Of a stretch of DNA of 64,000 nt, positions 1 through 9,630 are shown in pieces. The notes beneath the pieces were generated by a model. That model was given only the letters and a program-made list of their open reading frames with translations. It ran no database searches and was not told where the DNA came from. Numbering within the stretch: position 1 is the stretch's first letter; the number at the start of each line of letters is the position of its first letter. The position numbers and the translations under genes were made by a program. Origin of the DNA: Amoebophrya sp. A120 (Eukaryota > Protista > Dinoflagellata); assembly GCA_905178155.1 (NCBI GenBank), contig CAJINV010000005.1:5615469-5679468 (forward strand), given 5' to 3'.

Positions 1-690
1 CCCAGGGGCGCAGAAACAGGTCCGCGCGCCCTGGTTCGGCGGAACAGGCGCAAGGAAGGCCACGCCCTCGGTTGGTCTTGGGTAGTCCTTTGGGGGGGGC
101 GCCCCGCCAAGGGGCGCAGAAACAGGTCCGCGCGTCCTGGTTCGGGAGAACAGCCCCCAGGAAGGCCGCGTCCTCCCTTGGTCGTGTGTAGTCCTTTGAG
201 GGGGGGCGCCCCGCCAAGGGGCGCAGAAACAGGTCCGCGCGCCCGGGTTTGGGAGAACAGGGGCAAGGAAGGGCGCGTCCTCCCTTGGTCGTGACTAGTC
301 CTTTGGGGGGGGCGCCCCGCCCAGGGGCGCAGAAACAGGTCCGCGCGCCCTGGTTCGGGCGAACAGCCTCCAGGAAGTCGGCGCCCTCGGTTGGTCGTGG
401 GTAGTCCTTTGAAGGGGGCGCCCCGCCCGGGGGCGCAGGCAGAAACAGGTCGGTCCGCGCGCCCTGGTTCGGGAGGACAGCCTCCAGGAAGTCCGCGCCC
501 TCGGTTGGTCGGCAGTAGTCCTATGGGGGGGGCGCCCCGCCCAGGGGCGCAGGAACAGGTCCGCGCGCCTTGGTTCGGGAGAACAGCCCCCAGGAAGGCC
601 GCGCCCTCGGTTGGCCGTGGGGAGTCCTTTGATTGGGGGGGGGGCGCCCCGCCGAGGGGGGCAGAAAAGGGCGCACTTTCCCAGGGGGGG
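1..690. repeat. GC-rich tandem satellite, ~106-115 bp unit, ~6 copies (runs off window start)
   Basis: GGGGCGCAG(A/G) core recurs at about 5, 111, 218, 324, 430, 544 with the rest of the unit (ggtccgcgcgccctggttcgg...ttggtc...gtagtcctttggggggggcgccccgcc) conserved. Confidence 0.95.
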
Positions 691-859
691 CGCCGGCTCC
701 ACGGGCGGCAGGGCCATCCCGTTCTGTCGCAAAAAAAATAAAAATCCTGCCGCATCATGGGCAAGAAAAGCCACCGCGGGTGGCTCTTCTTCGCTGCAAG
801 GTCGCAGCGCGGGGACTCTGTCCCCGCGCCATGACCTTGTTTAAACTGCAGCAAGCCAG

Positions 860-1225
860 AACTTTTGAAGCTTTTGGGTGTGTTCTGGGGTATGCAAAGT
901 GGGTCCGTAGCATCGTGATTTGTAATTTGCAGGCCACACCCCGAACACACCCCGGACACACCCCAGACACACCCCAGACAGACCCCCGACACACCCCCCC
1001 CGACAAGAACTGTTGAAGCTTTGGGGTGTGTTCTGGGGTATGCAAAGTGGCTGCGTAGCATCGTGATTTGCAATTTGCAAGACACACCCCGAACACACCC
1101 CGGACACACCCCAGACACACCCCAGACACACCCCCGACACACCCCCCCGTCACACCCCAGGTAGACCCCCGCCACACACCCCCGGAAGACAGCCCCGACA
1201 CACCCCAGACAAACCCCCGGCGCGC
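860..1225. repeat. Two ~150-bp copies plus ACACACCCC(A/G)G microrepeats
   Basis: gaagcttt(t/g)gggtgtgttctggggtatgcaaagtgg at ~868 and ~1016, each followed by acacaccccagac-type repeats. Confidence 0.9.
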
Positions 1226-1345
1226 CCTCGGCTACCACATCCAGAGCAGGGGGCAGAGAGCCTCAATATCCAGAGCAGAAAGCATACCTGGGTCCGAATC
1301 GAATAAATATCCAGAGCGGGCTCAAGTATCCAGAGCGGGTTTCCC

Positions 1346-1820
1346 GCACGGCCCAGGGGCAAAAGCCCTAGGTCAGCGCGGGGACTCGGTCCCCGCGTCA
1401 TGACCTAGGGGCCAGCTTCGGGCGCTTCGTTCCCGGGCGGAAACTAACCGCACGGCCCAGGGGCAAAAGCCCTAGGTCAGCGCGGGGACTCGGTCCCCGC
1501 GTCATGACCTAGGGGCCAGCTTTGGGCGTTTCCCGGAAACTAACCGCACGGCCCAGGGGCAAAAGCCCTAGGTCAGCGCGGGGACTCGGTCCCCGCGTCA
1601 TGACCTAGGGGCCAGCTGCTTCGGGCGCTTCCCGGAAACTAACCGCATGGCCCGGGGGCAAAGGCCCTAGGTGAGCGCGGGGACTCCGACTCGGTCCGCG
1701 CGTCATGAATTAGGGGCCAGCTTTGGGCGCTTCCCGGGAACTAGCCGCACGGCCCAGGGGCAAAAGCCCTAGGTCAGCGCGGGGACTCGGCCCCCGCGCC
1801 ATGACCTGGGGGCCAGCTAC
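1346..1820. repeat. Tandem array of ~100-bp palindromic units, 5 copies
   Basis: gcacggcccaggggcaaaagcCCTAGGTCAgCGCGGGGACtcgGTCCCCGCGtcaTGACCTAGGggccagc at ~1346, 1450, 1546, 1644, 1747. Confidence 0.95.
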
Positions 1821-2891
1821 TGCACCGGCGCTATGGGCCAGCTCCTTCCTTTCTTTTCTCTTTGTTCGTGGTAGGCTAACGGACCCAGTGTGGGCAAGCA
1901 GTCAGGGGAGCTCCGTCCGCAGGTCTGTCGCGGATCAGGGAATGGATGCAGGACACACAGAGACACCGAGCTGCAGGGGCCTGCCTGCCCCGTGTCACCA
2001 CAGCCGCCGAACTCGTCCCAGACAAATGCCGGAAGGTCGCCGCACGGGGACTCTGTCCCCGTGCTCGGACCTTGTTTGTCATGCGCCACTTGCAAACTGG
2101 GCTCCAGCTTGTATCGCTTTTCTGCATTACAGATTATTTCAACTTTGACGATTTCGATCCTGACGCTTCCATATGGCGTTTCTTGCTAGTACTCTTCCTC
2201 GCTGGCTATCCGACCTGCTGTCACGCACTGCAGCCTCCTCGTAACAAGAAATCCTCAGGCCGGCTGCCTCGTGCTGCTGGTCCTCGTTGGCAGATTAAAC
2301 AGCCGACTTCGACTGCTCCCGAAGCTCCTATTACCGGTGGTGAGCTAGAAGCTGTCCTCCCAGTCCCAGTAGCCGCCGATGCGCCTTGTTCTGGGGAGCT
2401 ACTAGAAATCCGAACCGTGTCGGGTGACCTTGTGGACCTTGGACTAGGCGGCGACAAAGGTTCCGCCCCTGGTGGGCCCCCTGGAAGGAGCTCGAAAGAC
2501 CCAGAATCCTTTCGTTCTCCACAGAAAGATTGGCGTCAGATTTCGCTCAAGCTTCTCGCCGAGGGTGTGCGAGACTATGCCTGTGGTCGTGCAGATGTTG
2601 AACATGATCAGGCGCGCGGCCTGTTGCAGCAGGCTGAAGTACTAACGTCTTCAACAGCAACGCAGGTGGTACAGGACTTCACTCTCCTGCACGGCACGAG
2701 CCAGGTGCTGCGCGTGCTACTGCTCCTTAAGCGCCGTCGGACTGGCAGCCTGGGGCTAGTTGTGCAAGATTCATCTCGTCGTGCAGGGGGTGAAGAAGAG
2801 TCGTGGGAGTGCGAGGTCCTGGAAGTAATAGCTTCGCCGTCATATAGAGTTGTTCCGGAAGACGGTGCAGCTGTTGCTCCACCTACGAGTG

Positions 2892-3040
2892 TATGAATTG
2901 CAAAAGTATCGTACTCGTATAAATGCATTACAAATTTTCTCCGCATGAGAAATAAAATTTGTCATGCTGATTTATCTTAAGAAAAATATTTGTAATGCAG
3001 GAATTGCATTTGTACGAGTGCGATACTTTTGCACAGGATA
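2892..3040. mobile_element. Introner family A
   Basis: TAT..tgcaaaagtatcg TIR; direct repeat GAGTG/GAGTG. Confidence 0.9.
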
Positions 3041-3347
3041 GAGTGCTACTTTTGATGCGAGTATCAAGCAAGATTTTTCTACTTATTTTCGGTTGGACAC
3101 GGACAAGCTGTTGGGCGACCTTGTGATCATAGATCCGCCGAGCAGCTGCCACAAGAGCAGCGTCGTGAGCCTTACCCTGGTTGTCAAACCCGCACGCAGG
3201 CTCCCGCTGGCGGAGCTGTTAACGTCGCTGACGAAAAATGTTGTGGACGCGGATGTCCTGGTAGGCCGCGGGCTACTTGGGAAGTGGCTTGCCATGGTAG
3301 GAGAGGACGAGGTGGCGGGCAACGGTCCGCGATTTCGCGACTTCCCA

Positions 3348-3591
3348 TATGGCGTTCTCAAACGTTACATTCTCAACTGTTGACGCGATTTGTCATGCAA
3401 AAACGCTATCACTCTTCACACAATCAACAAGCCTTCTTCGCATGACAACTTCTCGACGCGCTGAATAGCAAGAGAATCCGCCCGAAATCTGTCATGCAAA
3501 AGGCGCAGTCTTCCTCGCTCCTTTCACTTTTTCGATTTTTGCATCACAAATTCGTGGAGCGCTTGAGAATGTGATAATTGAGAAGGCCATA
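3348..3591. mobile_element. Introner family J
   Basis: tatggcgttctcaa / ttgagaaggccata; TCCCA/TCCCA. Confidence 0.85.
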
Positions 3592-3669
3592 TCCCACACC
3601 CACTGGAAAGGGTTGGATCAGGTGGCCTGGTCGCGCTTTTGGAGGAGTTTCTGGATAGCCAGCTGGCCT

Positions 3670-3925
3670 TATCAAATGCAAATGTGTCTGGGTCTGGAAA
3701 CTTGTGGCGCTAGTTTGTGAATGGTGGGCGTGCTGCAAAAATACGCAGCCACGCATGACAGGTTTCTGCGCTCCTTTGTGTTTCGCTTTCCGCATGGCAA
3801 ACTGCACTTTTGCATGACAGGCAAGAGGATATTCTCCTGCTCACGCTTTACAGATTCAACTGTCATGTGATACAAGCATGACAGACCTTGCATCCCTCCA
3901 GACCCAGACACATTTGCATTTGATG
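3670..3925. mobile_element. Introner family B
   Basis: tatcaaatgcaaatgtgtctgggtctgga TIR, right end ATG; GGCCT/GGCCT. Confidence 0.9.
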
Positions 3926-3999
3926 GGCCTCGTTTCGTAACGACTTAATCAATCTTCACGGGGGTACATCTTCAACTTCCGGAGACTTCGCGGAGACCT

Positions 4000-4145
4000 T
4001 ATGCACTGCAAAAGTATCGTACTCGTATAAATGCATTACAAATTTTCTCAGCAAGAGAAATGAAATTTGTATATGCAAATTTACCTTAAGAAAAAGATTT
4101 GTAATGCATGACTGCAATACGAGTGCCATACTTTTGCACAGGATA
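4000..4145. mobile_element. Introner family A
   Basis: TIR; GACCT/GACCT. Confidence 0.9.
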
Positions 4146-4695
4146 GACCTACTCGTCCGACGATCTTGCTCCCCAAGTCAGTGCCAGTTCCTTCCACAAC
4201 CAAGTTTTACTCTGGAATCGAAACCTACCTCCGGGTTGGGCCGCATATACAGTCGAGTCCAAAGCAGGAGGTGGAAACTGGCGTATCCGATGCAAATATT
4301 TAGATTAGGGTCGGGAAAAAAATTAAAGTTTTCATGCTAGTACATGATCTGTAAATCGAAGTTTTTATCGAGAAAGATGTTAACTAGAGTACGTAGCGAG
4401 GAGCGACACATTCTTACGCGATCTCTACATCTCAGCGCGTGTTAATAGTGCGCAAATGAGTAGCGCTATTTTTGAGCTGCGCGAGGATGCGCGACACGAC
4501 AGTTCGGGATTGCTATTGGAGTTATCAGAGCTACAAGTTTTTCTACACGGCCCAGATCGATATTTGCGATTGATATGGCACAAAGTGGAGCGAGCATTTC
4601 GCGCAGCAATCATGAACAAGGTGAGCAGGGACGAAAACCATAGCTCCGGTGGCGGTCTACAGAACTGGCGCAAGCGGGTCCTAGTACGAAAACAC

Positions 4696-4922
4696 TATGG
4701 GAGTGCGCAGCTCCCCCTCCCCGTCATTTGTATAGCATGGGCGGCAATACAAGCGTCAGCAAGAGTGCCGGTTTGCGTGACAGATTTGCACAGCAGTGTA
4801 GTACTAACTGGGCTTTCGGAGTTTGTCACGCAAACAGTGCCAAGAGGCAGAGGCACAGCCTGGATTTGGTATTTTGCATGAAGACAAATGAGGGGGAGGG
4901 GGAGTTGTGCTGCACTGTCATA
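4696..4922. mobile_element. Introner family H (decayed region)
   Basis: tatgggagtgcgcagctccccctcccc / ggggagggggagttgtgc..cata; direct repeat degenerate. Confidence 0.75.
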
Positions 4923-6511
4923 AAACTGCGCAAACGGTATTTCAGGCACTCACAGTCCTGATAGCTTACATATCCTCTGCAAAACAAGCATCGTACGCAT
5001 ACTAATTGTGGCATTGCGCGACAAATCTCATTTTCTAACCGTTGCAGTGTGCTGTTGAAAACAAGTCGACAACAATCACGCCAATTTACCGCAACAAGCT
5101 GCATCTGCTTATAATCGAAAATGAATTTTGTAACTACACGACGCGTCATTTTTTTATAATGCGTCGAAGTTGTATAGTATTAGTATATCAGTAGTAGTGC
5201 GATGTTGCTTCTGTAGTCGTGATAGCACATTCCAAGCCAGGAACATCCTGAGGATGTCGGAGCGATTAGCGTGACATTGACCATTATACGACTTCCTGAT
5301 CAACAAGGAGATGCAGTAGATGGCTTTACGAAATGTACTAAACATGTCTGGGTCAGGAAATAAACTTTTTTGGAGTGGTAGTCCCTCCACGAAGAGAAAC
5401 GGACAGCAGTCCTCTGATTCTGAAAAAAGACCGCGCTACTTTCGGCTACGGCTGATGGTATGAAGCGTTTTATAGCGGAAAATGCGTCACCTCCAGGCGG
5501 CTCCGCCCGCTTCGAAATTGCAAAAAATGCGGAAAAAGTGTACTTTTTCGCATGGAAAAGGCGTGGAAGCTGCATACAAAACTGGCCGACTTTGTCCAGA
5601 ACCCGGAAGCTGCTTGAAAATTGAAAGTGAGAACTTTTGCTGAAAAAGCAGAGGGCGCTTGGAAATTGCCGCGCAAAAGCGGTTTTTAAAATTGTCACAG
5701 GGCCCAGACCGCCGGGATTGTACAACAAAAACCAGGCATCAAGTCTGTGGAGGTGTGTCCGCCCCTCACGGTTTTCGGCCTTTCTGAGGGTCGCAAATTG
5801 AGACCCTGTCCCGCTTGAAATTCCCCGACTTGGGTGGCCCGAAAGGGCTGCCAGAAATGCCGCAAATTGTGTAGCTTTTATTTGAAACTTGCTTTATTTT
5901 TGTCGGCTAGCATGCCGCCCAGTATAACTTTATGCGCGACGGAGTGCTTCTCGGCAAAAACGCACTCACTCTTTTGCGCGCCCTTGCTTCCTGGTATAGA
6001 GGATGAGACCGCGGCCCTTGTGGGCACCACTTATGGACCGCGGCCCTATCCAGGACGTCAAGGGATACGTGGCAGCCTTCGCACTGACTGGGGTGGTTCG
6101 CACGCTTTTAGTTACCAATATCGCCCTCCAGGCGCGACCGTCGTAGTCTCTCCACGAAGACAAACGGACAGCGGTACGCCCAGGCATGTGACTGTTCTTG
6201 AAGCAGCTGGCGGCCCAACCTCCATGCACAAATAGCTTGCGTTGTTTGTGCACGACCACAAACTTCTATCGGGCACTCATGATGATGGTGCGCTTCATGT
6301 TCATGCATCACAGTTTTTTGCTGCGTACGCAGTTCGAAGTCTGCGAATATACTGCAAGGCCACTGCACTCTAAGTACTTCTTCTAGACCCAGACATAGTT
6401 TTGTTGCTAGCTGATAAATTGGATTTTGGAGCAGTTCAAAATAACTGCAGACCCGCGCGCACCTGGTGTTGACCGGGTTAATTCGATCCCTTTTGAGACA
6501 ACGCGGGCATC

Positions 6512-6953
6512 TATGAGAGTGCACAACCCGAACTCCCGCCCGGGTCCGCCCCCTTTTATTTGTCATGTGAAATCCCAACTAATCCAGTGCCAAAAGTTAC
6601 TGCCTCGTAGCACTACGTGCGTGACAAATCGTAATTCCGGAAGCCCAAACAGTGCTACTACTACACCCAGTGCCTGAGCTTGTCATGCACAGGGTCCACG
6701 TGTGCTGGTGTTTGTATATATAATTCCTGCTTAATTCCTGCCAGTCCTTCTACCGCAGCCCCGAAGGGACATGGGTTGCGGAGTGACATCGGATGTCACA
6801 ACAAATGCGCTCGAGTGTACGTCCACTCAAGAGGAACGATGAGAAAAGACAGAATTCAAATGTCACGGACAAACACAAAGATGATGATGATGACTTATAC
6901 CAACACAACAGACAAATGAGGGGGAGGGGGACGAAAAAATGCGCGCTCTCATA
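6512..6953. mobile_element. Introner family H, enlarged and decayed
   Basis: tatgagagtgcac / gcgcgctctcata termini; interior about twice the usual length. Confidence 0.6.
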
Positions 6954-7467
6954 GCGACGATCATGAGCGATCAACGGCCAGCGGGTTGTGATGCTTTTGC
7001 AATAGCGGGAGAGTTCCTTTCACGACAACTACAAGTTGATATATTGAACGTAAATATAATCTTATCACGCACTGCTGCTGTACTAGATGCTAGATTATGA
7101 TAAAAAAGCACTTTTGATTTTTCCGCCTCCCTTTATTGTCATGCAAGAATCGTGCAGCGTCTGATGCGAGCTTGTACTGAGCAGACGCAGCCAAGCTGCC
7201 ATGCTTGGCCGCGTCTGCGATCAAGGCGCTTTTGATGATGGTTACGTCTGGAATTAAGGCTCTTTTGATTGTACTAGCCCATCATGATTCCTCCCCCACC
7301 AGCAGACAGCATCCATGATAAGTATTTGCGAAGCATAATTCCACGGTGACGGTGTGCGTTTCTTCGAGCTGGGACTGCGATTTCTGCACGAAGTGAGGAG
7401 AGAGGACAGGAGGACGCAGCCAGGTTTTCCTTGGCGGGTTCGTTGATCGTAAGCAGCAGGAAGATCA

Positions 7468-7697
7468 TATCAGAGTGCAAAACTGCTCCCCCTTCCCCTC
7501 TTTTGTATGGCATGAGCAGCAAACCAAGCGCCAGCACTCCTGGGGCTTGTGCGTGACAAGTCCACCGGCCGAAGGTAATGCGGTTTGGCTTTCCGAATAT
7601 ATTTGTCATGCATCATAGTGATACAAGGCAACAACTGGAGGATTTGGGTTTTTGCATGAGAAATGAGAACGCGGGGGAGTAGTTGTGCACTCTCATA
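7468..7697. mobile_element. Introner family H with 8-bp flanking direct repeat
   Basis: tatcagagtgcaaaactgctccccc / gggggagtagttgtgcactctcata; GAAGATCA on both sides. Confidence 0.8.
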
Positions 7698-9630
7698 GAA
7701 GATCAGCGGTCGCTCCGCTTCTTCAACATCAAGCCGTGCTGTGCAACTCGGGGAGAAGAGCATCCGATTTTGTTACCGTTGCGGAGAACAACACGACCTC
7801 GGGATGTCGAAGCCTGCAGCTTTATTTCATCTGAAAAGCGTGCGCCGTGTTGCAGCCCGACCATATGCGGATTTTGGCTCCTTATATTGTTTTTGTCGCG
7901 TATACTGCAGATGAAGTTTTTGAGCCCGCCAAGGCTCTACATCAACTGACCAGAAGCTGCGTCATGACAGACTGCTCTCCGTCTCCCTAAGGGCAGAGAG
8001 GCGGCTTGTTGCACACAGAAGATCGATCGAGTGCGATGTTCTAGGTGCGGGCGGGGTAGATCCATAGAAGAATGCCACGCGATGACGTGTATCATGCGCG
8101 ACAGATGAGGAAGAACAAGACAAGACGAATGACATGGAACGTGAGCGATGTACAGGTGTAGCCACCAAGGTGGCTTTCCTACATCAGAAGGATATAGCGC
8201 ATCAAGACGGAGCAGATGACCGATATTTGAATGCTGGAACCGAGTCTACCGTCTCCTTTCATCTGAAAAACGCACCTTATTGCAGTCTGACCATGTTGGT
8301 GCGGGGGCCGTGTGTGATTTATCTTCGTGATAGTTGGCTCTTATTCGACGATTGTTATAATTTCCTGTTGCCAAATCCAAATGTACTACCAGATGAAGTT
8401 GATGATCATGCCGCGCTACCAATCCAAATCCATGGCCGCACTGTAAGAAAATTTGTTGCAGTTGGCTTCAACAACGACATCCGAATCCTTCTTCGGATGA
8501 CCACGCCGGACGGAATTGTTCATCCTCGATCACCGTGTTTCTCGATTTCACATGTCGACGCACGGGTTTTCACGACGATATGTGATGTTGCCTCGGAGGT
8601 TCTTGTGCAAAAAATTTAGGTTTTGTTGGTCTTTCGTGACAAAATCAGCCCTTCTACTCGCGAAACACGGGCAGGTTTTGTTTTCTTCTACCGAATAAAC
8701 AAGAAAGGATCCGTAGTACGAAGTAAAAACGATCGATGAAGATGATTCAGGGAGGACGTCGGCATGATGTCCCTCTGACTTTAGTCTATCTATAAATCTG
8801 GACGAAGAGGATGTCGATGACCTCTCCTCAGATCAACTAGTCCCGCTCGAAGCGACACGAAGAAGATCCTCGATAATTTCCGTGCTCATGAAGAAATGTT
8901 GCCCGTGGTTCTTCAAAGCAGTATGACACAGTGATAGAAGTGATCCATCACGGAGAAAGAGATCATGAAGTCAACATGATCGCTACAATCGGCTTAGGCA
9001 CAGGCCTGAAAAAATTAAGCGGTTCTGTTCCCCTGCTCTTGAGGAGTAAAAAGAGAGAGATAAAAAGAACTCGCTGTCGGTTTGAGGTTATTAAAAAAGG
9101 CGTGTCCTCTGCGCTGTCCGAAAAATGAAAAATCTAAATGTGCTGGACACGATCCTAAATCGTGCAAGAAAATATGAAGAAGAAGGACCAGCTCGAAATT
9201 TTCACGTGCTCCTCCACCGGATGGATCCAACTAATAGAATCAACAAGAATGTGAGGCTCGTCATCAGAACCTGAAATGAAGCAGATCTAGATCTAAATCG
9301 AAAATTGTGTTTCTGCGGCCGCATGAACAAAGGTTCGTGAAAAATTTCGAGCTTTTTAACACGAAGAGCAAGGAAGCGTTGCGGAAAATAAGGTCGCAAC
9401 TACAAACATGTGAAGCAGATTCTGCTAAAATAAACCTAGTATAATTGTGAAGATTCTTTCTCTCTCACCCAGAAATCGAAATTCTCACCCAATTCTCCAT
9501 TCAACTCAAACCACAACCAAACCAGGGTCCGCTCCAGCTCAATGTAAGCTTTTGTCTCGTAAAAGTTTCCATCAGAAACTGGACGAAGTCAGCTCATTCC
9601 GCCGAAAGGAAAAAAAAACAAACCGTCAAA

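Larger units (their letters stand above)
2174..4308 (+). pseudogene. 5'-truncated gene of unknown function with 4 introners (hydrophobic, signal-peptide-like first segment)
   Basis: ORF pieces 2174-2891, 3046-3347, 3597-3669, 3931-3999, 4151-4308 join in frame after introner removal; the upstream introner (ends 2173) has lost its left end and no start codon remains. Confidence 0.55.

Noticed and set aside
1346-1820. CRISPR-like array of palindromic repeats
   Set aside because: Inter-repeat sequences are near-identical, not unique spacers; no cas genes; eukaryotic context
1-2150. Many overlapping Pro/Arg/Gly-rich ORFs
   Set aside because: Artefacts of GC-rich tandem repeats
7815-8300. Minus-strand W....VRFSDE / RFSDE peptides resembling a Tc1/mariner DDE motif in a short duplicated segment
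   Set aside because: Only a few residues, frame closed by nearby stops, no other transposase motifs; tBLASTn or HMM search would be needed
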